51,936 nt of DNA, taken from a bacterium (GTDB lineage: Bacteria; Patescibacteriota; Microgenomatia; UBA1400; UBA12108). The position numbers were made by a program, and so were the translations under genes. This document shows positions 9,136 through 19,265 of the stretch, one piece after another. A model generated the notes under the pieces. The model was not told the origin of the DNA. It saw only the letters and a list, made by a program, of their open reading frames with translations, and did not search any database. Positions within the stretch are counted from its first letter, which is position 1, and each line of letters begins with the position of its first letter. The stretch spans positions 1-51,936 of the forward strand of contig JBDRPO010000010.1 of NCBI GenBank assembly GCA_043827085.1. The letters are read 5' to 3'.

Positions 9136-9591
9136 ATGAGGATATATTTAGGGGCGGATCATCGGGGGTTTGAGTTAAAGGAACAGGTTAAAGAGTGGCT
9201 TCAAGCGAATGAGTATGAAGTGGAGGATGTGGGTGGGTTCGTGTTAGACCCTGAGGATGACTACGTAGATTTTGCTTTGAAAGTAGCTGAGTCGATTGAG
9301 GGGGGGAACGAGGACGATCGAGGGATACTATTGTGTGGGAGTGGGCATGGAGTTGAGATGGTGGCAAATCGCTTCCCTCACGTGAGAGCTATTTTGGGTT
9401 ATAACGACGAGGTGACAGTGCAGGGAAGAGAGCATGAGGACGCGAATATTTTGGTATTGGCAACCGACTGGATAGAAGTGGATGAGGCAGTAGAGAGAGT
9501 GAGGATGTTTCTGTTGACCCAGAAGCGGGACGACAACAGATATGAGCGACGTAGAGCTAGAATGGCTAATTTAGCGATAAGGCAGAGATGA
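9136..9591 (+). CDS. rpiB: Ribose-5-phosphate isomerase B
   Basis: GADHRG, DY, ILLCGSGHG, REH..ANIL, RYERR. Confidence 0.92.
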   Translation: MRIYLGADHRGFELKEQVKEWLQANEYEVEDVGGFVLDPEDDYVDFALKVAESIEGGNEDDRGILLCGSGHGVEMVANRFPHVRAILGYNDEVTVQGREHEDANILVLATDWIEVDEAVERVRMFLLTQKRDDNRYERRRARMANLAIRQR

Positions 9592-10184
9592 TCACACCAA
9601 TTATCATGGATTCAGAGATAGATGAAGTTGAGCGAAAGCTATCAATTTTGCGGAGATACAAAGTCAAGAAAGTACATTTTGATATTGGGGATGGATTATT
9701 TTCGGAGTTACTGACGGTCGCTCCGGCTGACTTGCAACAGTTTGAGCTTACGGGAATGGAGGTTGATATCCATTTACTGGTGGATGATCCAACGGAGTGG
9801 ATTAAGGAATCGGTAGCTCTCTCCCCGAGAAGATTGATAGGCCAAATAGAGAGGATGGGGTCACAAGCGAAATTTTTGGAAACGGTGGCTGGGTATGGAG
9901 CAAGTGGGGGACTCGCGCTAAAAATTGAGACGCCGATCACGGAGATAGAGAGGGAAGTATTACAAATGTGTAAAACGGTGTTACTCCTGGCGATACCGGC
10001 TGGCACCACAGGCTCGCCATTTGACGAGCGAGTGCTCACAAAGATCTGGGAGTTGAGGAAAATTTATCTTGGAGATATTTTGATTGATGGAGGGATAAAT
10101 AAGATTAACCTCCGACGAGTGCTAGGAGCTGGCGCGACTGAAGCTGGTGCAAATAGTGCCTATTGGCGGGGGGAATTTGGATGA
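9588..10184 (+). CDS. rpe: Ribulose-phosphate 3-epimerase (divergent)
   Basis: HFDIGDG, DIHL, IDGGI; ATGA overlap with rpiB. Confidence 0.82.
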   Translation: MITPIIMDSEIDEVERKLSILRRYKVKKVHFDIGDGLFSELLTVAPADLQQFELTGMEVDIHLLVDDPTEWIKESVALSPRRLIGQIERMGSQAKFLETVAGYGASGGLALKIETPITEIEREVLQMCKTVLLLAIPAGTTGSPFDERVLTKIWELRKIYLGDILIDGGINKINLRRVLGAGATEAGANSAYWRGEFG

Positions 10185-10804
10185 AAAGTAAGAAGGTTGA
10201 GTTTAAGAGAATTGCATTTTTTGGCGATGCGTCGGTCTTGCCTGAGTCGAGCTATTATAAGGCAGCATACCATGCGGCCAAGAAACTAGCAAAGTTAGGT
10301 TACATTATCGTGAACGGTGGTGGTCCGGGAATAATGGACGCGGCAACACGAGGGGCAGAGTCGGTTGGTGGGCAGACTGAGTCGGTGACGTTCTATCCCG
10401 AACACGCAACTGGTTTTGAAGGCCGATATTTGTCTAATGTGACGGATAAAGAAATAAAAACAACGAACTACATTGAACGAATGTTTGTTCTGATGGAGCG
10501 GAGTGATTTTTTTCTAATTTTTCAGGGAGGAACGGGGACTTTGTCTGAGCTTGGGACTGCATGGGTACTGGCTAAACTTTACTATGGTCATCATAAACCA
10601 TTTATTTTGGTGGGTGCGTTTTGGAGACCAGTGATAGGGGTAATTCACGATAATCTTCTTATTGACGCGAAAGAAATGGACGTATTTAAAATCGTGGATG
10701 GGATTGATAATATCGTGCCAATGATGAAAAAACTTGAGAATGCACTAAATAGAGCGAATCATTCACATTGCCAACATTGCGGCGAGAGTGCGTTTATGAG
10801 TTAG
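10181..10804 (+). CDS. LOG-family nucleotide phosphoribohydrolase
   Basis: GGGPGIMDAA, GGTGTLSE. Confidence 0.88.
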   Translation: MKSKKVEFKRIAFFGDASVLPESSYYKAAYHAAKKLAKLGYIIVNGGGPGIMDAATRGAESVGGQTESVTFYPEHATGFEGRYLSNVTDKEIKTTNYIERMFVLMERSDFFLIFQGGTGTLSELGTAWVLAKLYYGHHKPFILVGAFWRPVIGVIHDNLLIDAKEMDVFKIVDGIDNIVPMMKKLENALNRANHSHCQHCGESAFMS

Positions 10805-10809
10805 ATGTT

Positions 10810-10965
10810 AAAGGGTTTGTTGTATTCCCAATTAGAAAACCGAAATAATTTTGCCAGCGCAAAATTTTTCTTGTACTCGATCTGGCGACCCCTCGACCTT
10901 GCTCGGGGACTAGCTCGCCAGATTTCTGCGTAATATTTTCCTTGGAAACATCAGCAACCCCTTTG
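10810..10965. repeat. Nested intergenic hairpin element with a REP-like core
   Basis: Outer AAAGGG...CCCTTT, inner TCTGGCGA...TCGCCAGA, core CCCCTCGACCTTGCTCGGGG at 10889-10908. Confidence 0.6.
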
Positions 10966-10987
10966 ATTTTTAGGATATACTCGACAT

Positions 10988-11800
10988 ATGAGTTCTGCCC
11001 AAGATTTACAAAAGATAGCCAGTAGGTTGCGAGCGGATGTACTGGAGATGGTGGGCGCGGCGGGGGCGGGGCATATTGCAGGACCCATGTCATCTGCGGA
11101 TCTGTTTGCGCTCCTATATTTCGGTGACGTGTTAGACAAGAAACAAGACAAGATAGTTTTGTCGTGCGGACATTATTGCCCAGTTTTATATAGCGCGCTT
11201 GCAAGAAGTGGAATACTAGAGGTCAGTGAGCTCTCCTCATTTATGAAGATCGGGAGTAGACTACCGGGGCATCCCGAACGAGGGGTTACCCCTGGGGTTG
11301 AGGTATCGGCGGGACCACTGGGACAAGGAGTGTCGGTTGCTGTGGGAATAGCGCTAGGCATAAAGATGAAGTATGGGGAGAGAGCGCAAAGCGTGACCCC
11401 GAGGGTTTATTGTATTTTGTCGGATGGGGAGTTGCAGGAAGGCCAAGTGTGGGAGACATTTAATTTTGCAGTCAGAAGACAACTAGATAATCTGATTTTT
11501 ATCTTGGATAGAAATAAAATTCAGATCGAAAACTATGTTAGTCAGTTGGCGACGTATGGAAATGTGGTCGGGAGGCTTGAGTCGTTTGGACTCAATACAC
11601 TTGAGGTAGATGGACATAACTTCAATGATCTAAGGACAGCTTTGGAGCGAGCGAAAAATGTGCAAGGGGGGCCAATGATCATTGTGATGAATACTGTAGC
11701 GGGGAAGGGAGTAAGTTTTATGGAGAATAATCCCGAGTGGCACGATAAAGTGCCGACAAAAGAGGAACTTAAGAAAGCTTTGGGGGAACTTCATGTATAG
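10988..11800 (+). CDS. Transketolase, N-terminal subunit
   Basis: AGH, LSCGH, GHP, GPLGQG, TPP motif SDGELQEGQVWE...DRN, GKG, WH. Confidence 0.93.
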   Translation: MSSAQDLQKIASRLRADVLEMVGAAGAGHIAGPMSSADLFALLYFGDVLDKKQDKIVLSCGHYCPVLYSALARSGILEVSELSSFMKIGSRLPGHPERGVTPGVEVSAGPLGQGVSVAVGIALGIKMKYGERAQSVTPRVYCILSDGELQEGQVWETFNFAVRRQLDNLIFILDRNKIQIENYVSQLATYGNVVGRLESFGLNTLEVDGHNFNDLRTALERAKNVQGGPMIIVMNTVAGKGVSFMENNPEWHDKVPTKEELKKALGELHV

Positions 11801-12760
11801 CAATCAATATTTGATCCCAGAATGGAGGACGGCACCACTCAAGGCTATAAGGATGGGGATGGGGGAGGGGCTAGTTGATCAGGGAGCGAAACATAGTGAC
11901 CTAGTGGTTTTGACGGCGGATTTGGCGGGATCGACCAGGGTGCGGGAGTTTGCTGAGCTCTATCCGGAGCGGTTTTTTGACGTCGGGGTGGCCGAGCAGA
12001 ATATGGTGGGGGTGGTGGCTGGACTCTCTACCATGGGGTTTGTACCGTTTGCCGTGTCGTACGCCACATTTTCTCCGGGGAGGAGCTGGGAGCAGATACG
12101 GATATCCGTCTCGTTATCCAAGGCCAACGTGAAGATTATTGGGTCTCATGCTGGTGTGTCATCGGGCCAGAATGGCCCTAGTCACCAGGGAACCGAAGAT
12201 ATTGCCATAATGCGAACACTACCCAATATGACGGTTTTGGTGCCGGCGGATGCGAATCAGGCGGCCGCGATGGTTGAAGCGGCATATCTGCACACGGGCC
12301 CGGTGTATATCCGTACTACCAGACCGGATACACCCAACTTTACCAAGCCTAGTTTGTACAAGATTGGCAGTGCACAGGTGTATAGGGGGGAAAGGATATC
12401 ACAATTTGCGCGTGCGGGATCCAAGTGTGGGAGGCTCTCATGGTGGCGGATGAACTCTCCCGCGTGGGAATTGAGTGTGAGGTAATTAACGTTAGTTCAA
12501 TCAAGCCACTTGATGGAAAAATCATCGTACAAAGCGCTAAAAAAACAGGCAAGGTTGTGACAATTGAAGACCACCAAGTGATGGGAGGGATGGGGTCCGC
12601 GGTCGCGGAACTCTTATCGCGAGAGTATCCGGCACCGATAAAATTTCTAGGGGTTCAAGATAGATTTGGAGTGAGTGGTCCATGGGAAGAAGTTTATAAA
12701 GTGATGGGATTAGATAGAGAGAGTATCAAGCAGGCTGTGGTAGACTATTTACATCTATGA
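11793..12760 (+). pseudogene. Transketolase C-terminal subunit with a 1-nt frameshift in the G6 run at 12385-12390
   Basis: GVAEQNM and GPSHQ in the first frame; one extra G restores YRGGKDITICACGIQVWEAL and joins IKPLD/IEDH..GGMGS of ORF 12425-12760. Confidence 0.85.
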
Positions 12761-13710
12761 GTAATTACGACGTGGTGACGGTGGGATCGGCGGTACTTGA
12801 TATTTTTATGAGAAGTGACAAGTTTAAAGTGGTATCTTCGGGGGATTTACCCGGGGGAATAGCCATGTGCGAAGTGTATGGGGGGAAGATGGAGGTGGAG
12901 GAAGTGAGTATCGTATCCGGAGGAGGGGCAACAAACTGTGCGGTGTCACTAGCCCGGAAAGAACTGAAAACGGCGATTGTGGCGGAGATGGGGAACGATC
13001 CGCAGTCGCTACTAGTCCATAAAGATTTGGAGGAGGCGGGGGTGGAGACGCGATTTTTGGTGCAGGAGCAGTCGGAGACGACGGCGGTGTCGGTGGTACT
13101 AATTGCTGATGATGGCGGGCGAAGTATCATGGTGTATCGCGGGGCGGCGGCGATGCTGACCAAGTCAGACGTGCCAATTAATGATATCGAGACCAGGTGG
13201 TTACACATCTCTAGTTTGGGCGGAAACATGGAACTACTAAAGACGCTTTTAACTTGGGCTAAAGCGAAGCAGGTGAGGGTATCGCTCAATCCGGGACTCA
13301 AAGAGATTGCGAATAAAGAGCAGCTGTTGCCACTATTGTCACTCGTCGAGATTTTGTTTGTGAATAGGGACGAGGCAAAACTCTTGTGGGGGATTGATTT
13401 TAGCGATGATGCGCTATGGAAGAGCATGCAGGCACTACCGGGAGCATATGCGACGGTCATTACTGACGGGGCGCGAGGGGGGAAGGTGAGCGTGAACGGG
13501 AAAGTGAGTTTCTATGCTGGGGAGAAAGTGAAGAAAGTCGTGGATACTACGGGAGCGGGAGATGCGTTTGCATCAGGAATGGTTGCGGGAGTGTTGTACG
13601 GTAAAACTTATGAGCAGGCGGTTACCTGGGGGATAAGGAATGCGACGAACGTTCTTATGTATGTCGGGGCAAAAAGGGGACTTTTGACACTAGCGGATAT
13701 TAATAGGTAG
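12757..13710 (+). CDS. PfkB-family carbohydrate kinase
   Basis: GGGATN, NRDEA, DTTGAGDAF. Confidence 0.92.
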   Translation: MSNYDVVTVGSAVLDIFMRSDKFKVVSSGDLPGGIAMCEVYGGKMEVEEVSIVSGGGATNCAVSLARKELKTAIVAEMGNDPQSLLVHKDLEEAGVETRFLVQEQSETTAVSVVLIADDGGRSIMVYRGAAAMLTKSDVPINDIETRWLHISSLGGNMELLKTLLTWAKAKQVRVSLNPGLKEIANKEQLLPLLSLVEILFVNRDEAKLLWGIDFSDDALWKSMQALPGAYATVITDGARGGKVSVNGKVSFYAGEKVKKVVDTTGAGDAFASGMVAGVLYGKTYEQAVTWGIRNATNVLMYVGAKRGLLTLADINR

Positions 13711-14643
13711 TTACATTTCGTCGAGATGGGCGCGGAGAGCGGAAGCCGAGGCGTGAAGAGAGGAGACTTCTTCGGTGGAGAGCGGAAGATCGATGACTTG
13801 CCTGACACCATTTCTTCCCAGAATGCAGGGGAGGGAGAGAGCGATGTTTTCAAGACCATATTGGCCAGTTAGAACAGTTGAAAGAGGGATGATTTTCCCG
13901 CCGTCGCGCATGATGGTTTCGACGATGTGACTGAGGGCGGTTGCGATGCCGTAGTAAGTGGCGCCTTTACCAGCGATAATTTTCCCGGCGTCTTTCTTGG
14001 TTTCCCCTTCCGCCCATTTGATGTGATCGGGTGACATTTCAGGGAAGCTAAGTAGAGGTTTGCCACCGATCGTGGCACAACTCACCGCGGCAAAGGAGGA
14101 GTCACCATGCTCGCCTAGGATGTAGGCGTGAATGCTTTTAGGACTAATGTGGATGGTTTGGCTTAAGTGGAGACGGAAGCGAGCGGTGTCGAGCAGGGTA
14201 CCGGAGCCAAAAACGCGACCGACAGGCAATTTGGCAACTTCAGTAGCTTTTAGCGTCATAATGTCAAGGGGATTGGCGACCATAAGGATCAAGGTTTTGG
14301 GAGCTTCACGGACGATTTGGGGAATAATTTTTTCAACTATGTCGCAGTTACCTTTGGTCAAATCCAATCTAGTTTGACCGGGCTTTTGGGCAGCTCCGGC
14401 GGTGAAAATAACGAGATCGGTATCTACAAAGTCGGCAAATTTGTCGGTTGCGGTGATTTTGGTGTGGGGGTAGAAGGGACTTCCGTGCTCAAGATCGGCT
14501 TTTTCGCCTTTGGCTTTCTCTAGCTCGCGGGAGTAGAGAAGAAGTTCGGTAGCGAGGCCTTTGAGCAGTAGGGCATAGGCGGCTGTGACGCCGACCCTCC
14601 CTAAACCGACGATTGCGACTTTGAAAGTTTCCTGTTTGAGCAT
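13711..14643 (-). CDS. ldh: L-lactate dehydrogenase
   Basis: GLGRVG, QKPGQTRLDL (Gln specificity residue), NPLD, LDTARF, GEHGDS. Confidence 0.92.
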   Translation of the reverse strand: MLKQETFKVAIVGLGRVGVTAAYALLLKGLATELLLYSRELEKAKGEKADLEHGSPFYPHTKITATDKFADFVDTDLVIFTAGAAQKPGQTRLDLTKGNCDIVEKIIPQIVREAPKTLILMVANPLDIMTLKATEVAKLPVGRVFGSGTLLDTARFRLHLSQTIHISPKSIHAYILGEHGDSSFAAVSCATIGGKPLLSFPEMSPDHIKWAEGETKKDAGKIIAGKGATYYGIATALSHIVETIMRDGGKIIPLSTVLTGQYGLENIALSLPCILGRNGVRQVIDLPLSTEEVSSLHASASALRAHLDEM

Positions 14644-14682
14644 TAGGTTAAATATATCATAGGGAGGTTATTGGTATTTGCT

Positions 14683-14745
14683 GGACGAAATTTATACCTC
14701 CGGTACATACAGCTTACGCGCCTGTAATGTCGGAAAAATTTATCC
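14683..14745. repeat. Dispersed structured repeat, copy 1
   Basis: GGACGAAATTTATACCTCCGGTACATACAGCTTACGCGCCTGTAATGTCGGAAAAATTTATCC, closely similar to 47746-47811; folds as a hairpin. Confidence 0.8.
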
Positions 14746-14787
14746 ATCAAACACCTCTCTCACTAGATGTGATACGATATCTGAGTT

Positions 14788-15483
14788 ATGGATAAAACAT
14801 TCCAGATAGCGATAGATGGGCCGGTAGCTGCGGGGAAGGGGACAACGGCGAAGATGGTTGCAGCCCGTTTGGGGTTTTTATATGTGGACACGGGGGCGAT
14901 GTATAGATGCCTTACCCTTTTTGTAAAACAGAGGGGAGTTGATTGGGATAATGAAGAAAAGATTGCGGAGCTTATTCGGAAGGAAAAGCCAAAAGTTGAG
15001 TTATTTATACCGACTGAGACTGAGAAGGATGGACGGCTTTGTACGGTGAGATTGAATGGCGAAGATGTGTCCTGGCAGATTAGAACAGAGGAGATATCGC
15101 ACGGAGTGTCGGTGATTACGCAGTACCCGGGAGTACGGGATTATATTACTCCACTCGCACGTCATATTGCGAAGGTGCAAAATGTAGTGATGGAAGGGCG
15201 CGATATCACGACAGTTGTGTTGCTGGGTGCGGACCTGAAGATTTATATGGATGCCGACCCGAAGGAGCGAGCAGCAAGGAGACACCGGGAACTCATGAGT
15301 CGAGGTGAGGATGTAAACTTGGATGAGGTTTATAGAGAGCTAATGGAGAGAGATAAAAGAGATTGCGGTCGGTCGATTGCCCCGCTTTCTAAGGCAAAGG
15401 ATGCTTGGATACTCGACACTACGGGGATGACGATTGACCAAGCAGCGGATGTAATAGTCGAGCGAGTGGGGGAGATGAAATGA
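14788..15483 (+). CDS. cmk: Cytidylate kinase
   Basis: IAIDGPVAAGKGT, DTGAMYR, MEGRDI, RDKRD..R..APL. Confidence 0.93.
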   Translation: MDKTFQIAIDGPVAAGKGTTAKMVAARLGFLYVDTGAMYRCLTLFVKQRGVDWDNEEKIAELIRKEKPKVELFIPTETEKDGRLCTVRLNGEDVSWQIRTEEISHGVSVITQYPGVRDYITPLARHIAKVQNVVMEGRDITTVVLLGADLKIYMDADPKERAARRHRELMSRGEDVNLDEVYRELMERDKRDCGRSIAPLSKAKDAWILDTTGMTIDQAADVIVERVGEMK

Positions 15484-15752
15484 GGAGAAAGAAGGACAGA
15501 ATCGAGGAAATAGAGGAGGTTGTGGAAGTCGAGGAGCCATCAGAGAAAGAACAGAAAAAACTGAAGCATAGAGAAGGTGTAGAAAAGAGGAAAAATGCCA
15601 AGAAAAGAGATAAGGTAGCCAGGTGGGGAGGAATAATACTTCTTGGCCTCATGATGTTTGTGGGGTTTTTGTTGTGGGTGGCGGGAGAGATGAAGTCTGA
15701 GACTAAGTCAATACCAGTAGGTACAGGTCAGGGAAGTGTTATTGTGAGGTAG
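15480..15752 (+). CDS. Hypothetical single-pass membrane protein
   Basis: Charged N-terminus plus one TM helix; ATGA overlap with cmk. Confidence 0.6.
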   Translation: MRRKKDRIEEIEEVVEVEEPSEKEQKKLKHREGVEKRKNAKKRDKVARWGGIILLGLMMFVGFLLWVAGEMKSETKSIPVGTGQGSVIVR

Positions 15753-18063
15753 CGGCGGCTGATTCTAAAAGGGTTCCCGGTTTTTCCGAACAATTTATTT
15801 TGGGGGCGGTGCCTGGAGTAAAGTATTCATAGTGAGGGTTACCAGCGCAAGCTAGATTTACACGAATCATGTTTTCGGGGGGAGTGAAAGCGGTGGGTGA
15901 GTGACCTTCAAGTAGTTTTTGCATGGTGCGTGCCCAGACTGGTGAGGCACCGGTTACACCAGAGGCCACGGATGACATAGGGGAGTTGTCGTTGTTACCT
16001 ACCCAAGTGGCAATAAGGAGATCGGTTGTGTAGCCGAAGGTCCAGTTGTCGCGGAGGGCGTTTGTGGTGCCGGTTTTGACGGCAATGTTGTTGCCTGGCA
16101 AATTGAGGATGGAGTTGATGCCAAAGGCGGGGGCACGAGCGCTAGTATCTGACAGGATGGAGTTTATTTGGTAGGCAATGGAGGGGGAGAGGATTTGTGG
16201 ATACTGTGGGGAGTCTCCTTCCAGCTTTGCTGTCCCGACTTGACCTTTGGTCACGTCTCCTGTTAAGGAGACTCCCCTTGTGAGGTCAGACCCCTGGGGA
16301 CCACGAATGGAGAGGAAGGGAGTAAAGGGAACTTTGGTACCACCATTTGCAAAAACAGAGTAGACAGAAGCTAGGTCTAGCATGGTGATTTCGCCACCAC
16401 CCAAGGTAAGAGAGAGACCAAAGCGAGAAGAGTCATCCCAGGTAGTGATGCCCAATAGTTTTGCGAGTGCGATCATGTTGTTGATACCATAGGCATTGAG
16501 GAGTTTGATAGCGGGGATGTTGTAGGAGCTGGCGAGGGCAGTGCGCAGGGTTACAGATCCATGGAAACGACCATCGTAGTTTTTGGGACAGTAGTCGGGC
16601 TGGCCTTTGATGACAAAACAAATGGGAACATCGTCGATTGTGGTGTTTGGGGTGGCTCCGCGCCCAAAGGCGAGCGCATAAGTGATCGGTTTGATGGAAC
16701 TACCAGGTTGTCTTTGTTGGAGCACAATGTTTACTTGGCCATCATGTTCGATGTCAAAGAAGTCACGAGAGCCGACCATGGCGAGGATTTCACCCGACTT
16801 GGGAGAGATGATTAGACCAGCACCGTTTTGGACGTGGAGATTTTGTAGTTTCGCGAGTTCGAGATTCACTTCATTCTGAAGTATATCTTGATAATTTAGG
16901 TCGAGAGTGGTCGTGGCAACGAGCCCGCCGCGAGCGACTACCGATTCGCCAAACTGTTTGACGAGGAGATCCTTAATGTACATGACAAAGTGGGGCGCGC
17001 GGATTTCGATACCCTGGGGGTGGAAGACCAGGGGAGTGGCGAGTGCCTCGAGTTTGTCGTTTTCGGAGATGGCGCCGGTTTGAACCATACCTTCAAGGAC
17101 TTGTTGTTGGCGGATTTTGCCTAGGTAGGGGTTACTACCAAAGGGAGAGAGAATGGTGGGGGAGACGGGAAGGCCAGCGAGCATAGCAGCTTCCGCCAGC
17201 GTGAGATCACGCGCGGATTTGCCAAAATACTCGTGACTAGCCGCCTCAATGCCGTAAGCTGTCCCGCCGTAGCCGACTTGATTTAGATACATTTCGAGAA
17301 TCTCATCTTTGGAGTAACGCGACTCGGTTTGGAGGGAGAGGATTAACTCTTTGAGTTTGCGGGTAAGGGATTTTTGAGGAGACAAAAGAACATTTTTGAC
17401 CAGTTGTTGGGTGATAGTTGAACCCCCTTGAGTGGTTCCACGCGTCAAATTATTGGTGGCAGCGCGGAGGATGCCGGTCAAGGAAATACCGTGGTGGGAG
17501 TAGAAATTTTTGTCTTCGGCGGCGAGGGTGGCTTGGATTACATGAGGCGGGAGATCAGAGAGTTTGATGAGTGAGCGATTTTCGTCTTTGTAGATTTGGT
17601 AGAGGAGGGTACCATGACGGTCATAGATTTTAGTGGAAAGGCTGGGGGGAGAGTCGGTGAGAAGGGAGACCGAGGGAAGGTCTTTTAGGATGTAGTAGTA
17701 AAATAAGCTGCCTAATATACACGGCAATAGTACCCATAAGGTCTGTCCTGGTCTTACCCGAATTGGTTCCCATAGGGTCTGACCTTCCCCGCCTCTGAGT
17801 CTGCGGGATTGGGTACTTCCTTCAAGTTCAGACCCTCTGATGGCGCGTAGTTTTCTTAGTTTGGTCGTTGCAGTCTGAATAGTGTGGTTGATTTGGGAGA
17901 AGAAGCCGAAGACTCGTTGTACAAAAAGTTTTAACAAATGAAGATAGGTGGCTATCGTGACTACAACAATTGTGAACAGAAAAAAGGCGGGTTTACCAAT
18001 TAATTCGAAAACTTTAGTGATTGAAAGTGGTTGATTTTTCTCATACCTACGCATTAAATCCAT
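15739..18063 (-). CDS. Class A penicillin-binding protein (PBP1A family)
   Basis: EDKNFYSHHG, GGSTITQQLVK, RKLKE, YLN, SSIK, SYN, KTG. Confidence 0.93.
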   Translation of the reverse strand: MDLMRRYEKNQPLSITKVFELIGKPAFFLFTIVVVTIATYLHLLKLFVQRVFGFFSQINHTIQTATTKLRKLRAIRGSELEGSTQSRRLRGGEGQTLWEPIRVRPGQTLWVLLPCILGSLFYYYILKDLPSVSLLTDSPPSLSTKIYDRHGTLLYQIYKDENRSLIKLSDLPPHVIQATLAAEDKNFYSHHGISLTGILRAATNNLTRGTTQGGSTITQQLVKNVLLSPQKSLTRKLKELILSLQTESRYSKDEILEMYLNQVGYGGTAYGIEAASHEYFGKSARDLTLAEAAMLAGLPVSPTILSPFGSNPYLGKIRQQQVLEGMVQTGAISENDKLEALATPLVFHPQGIEIRAPHFVMYIKDLLVKQFGESVVARGGLVATTTLDLNYQDILQNEVNLELAKLQNLHVQNGAGLIISPKSGEILAMVGSRDFFDIEHDGQVNIVLQQRQPGSSIKPITYALAFGRGATPNTTIDDVPICFVIKGQPDYCPKNYDGRFHGSVTLRTALASSYNIPAIKLLNAYGINNMIALAKLLGITTWDDSSRFGLSLTLGGGEITMLDLASVYSVFANGGTKVPFTPFLSIRGPQGSDLTRGVSLTGDVTKGQVGTAKLEGDSPQYPQILSPSIAYQINSILSDTSARAPAFGINSILNLPGNNIAVKTGTTNALRDNWTFGYTTDLLIATWVGNNDNSPMSSVASGVTGASPVWARTMQKLLEGHSPTAFTPPENMIRVNLACAGNPHYEYFTPGTAPKINCSEKPGTLLESAAATSQ
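16208..16295. repeat. Palindromic element inside the PBP1A coding sequence
   Basis: Perfect 13-bp inverted repeat GGGGAGTCTCCTT (16208-16220) / AAGGAGACTCCCC (16265-16277), plus adjacent AGGTCAGACCCCT. Confidence 0.7.
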
Positions 18064-18104
18064 TCTAAACCTGGTGTGAAAAGGGAGCAAGGCGCAACAA
18101 ATAG

Positions 18105-19265
18105 CTATTTGTTAAGTGATTGGATGGTGGGCCAGAGCCAGGGGAGGTTGCCTTCGTAGCCGAGGGCCCAAATTGCGATGCCACCGAGACCTGCGGATTT
18201 GACGAATTCAAGTTTGAGGCGAATGGAAGTCTCATTTTCAAAGTATATTTGAGAAATATGGCCACTATCACTAGCAATCCCGTAGGGAGTAAGAGAGTTG
18301 CGGTCCCAAATGAGTTCAAGAGTTTTGTCTTCGAGCATTTTTTGGATGTGTTCGAGAGAGGCGACGGAACCTTTGGCTTCGACGGGAGAGTATTTGGATG
18401 AGTCTACCGTGTCCCATTCGTAGCCATAAAATGGGATGCCAAGAAGAAGTTTTTGTGCGGGAACGAGTTTGGTGATTTCAGCGATGTTTTTGATAATGTC
18501 GTGCTCAAATAGATCACCAGAGCCGCGGAGAGGGGAGTTGGGACCGGCAGAGTTACTTCCTGGCATCGTGTAGTCGTAGGTCATCACTACGAAGTAGTCA
18601 GTATGAGGAGTAAGGCCAGCCAAATTCCAAAGACGTGGGCGAGCGGCGGCGGAAGGATAAATGCTGATGCTCAGCATAGGAGTTAGTTGATAGACGTTAG
18701 AGGTTAGGGAGGTGCGGAGCTCTTGAATGAAAAGGGTAAAGTTGTCTCGAACATTAGAGGGAGTATCACCCAGGGGCTCGAAATCAATATTGACGCCGGT
18801 TGCACCCGACTCGGTGAGGGTGGCACGGATAGTCTCTATGGTATGAGCACGAGAAGCGGAGGAGGAGAGAATGGTGGAGAGCGCGGTTTGACTTTCGGGC
18901 ATGAAAGTGAGTATGAGAGGTTTGTCGCCGTGATCGATGGTACCAGCGAGGAGACGCTTGTAGTTGGTATATCCTGGGTCTTCTTCACGTTTGTTGATTT
19001 TTGAGTAGATAGTACCGTCCCCGTTTAAGAGAAGGTGAAAGTAGGTAAAGTGAGTGATGTTACCGAGCGATTCGGGGGTAAGTTTTTTGAGATTCCAGTA
19101 GGGCGCGAAGCCCATGACCACAAAGGAGTCAGAAAATAGATGAGAGATGTTAGTGGGGGGTGAGGAACTTAGCGGGGAAAATGGGATAGAGTTGGGGGAA
19201 AAGAAAGTGACAGCTATAGCAGTGATTGCTAAGAGAAAGCCGAGGAAGTAGAGTTTGGTTTTCAT
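18105..19265 (-). CDS. Glycoside hydrolase family 18, exported
   Basis: Signal/TM segment, GVNIDFE, VMTYD, LGIPFYG, GGIAIWALG. Confidence 0.88.
   Translation of the reverse strand: MKTKLYFLGFLLAITAIAVTFFSPNSIPFSPLSSSPPTNISHLFSDSFVVMGFAPYWNLKKLTPESLGNITHFTYFHLLLNGDGTIYSKINKREEDPGYTNYKRLLAGTIDHGDKPLILTFMPESQTALSTILSSSASRAHTIETIRATLTESGATGVNIDFEPLGDTPSNVRDNFTLFIQELRTSLTSNVYQLTPMLSISIYPSAAARPRLWNLAGLTPHTDYFVVMTYDYTMPGSNSAGPNSPLRGSGDLFEHDIIKNIAEITKLVPAQKLLLGIPFYGYEWDTVDSSKYSPVEAKGSVASLEHIQKMLEDKTLELIWDRNSLTPYGIASDSGHISQIYFENETSIRLKLEFVKSAGLGGIAIWALGYEGNLPWLWPTIQSLNK

Noticed and set aside
12381-12400. Programmed -1 ribosomal frameshift in transketolase
   Set aside because: No correctly phased slippery heptamer or obvious stimulatory structure; a homopolymer indel is simpler.
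4531-13460. Long antisense ORFs such as 4531-5265 and 12765-13460
   Set aside because: They are shadows of well-supported genes on the opposite strand and contain no motifs.
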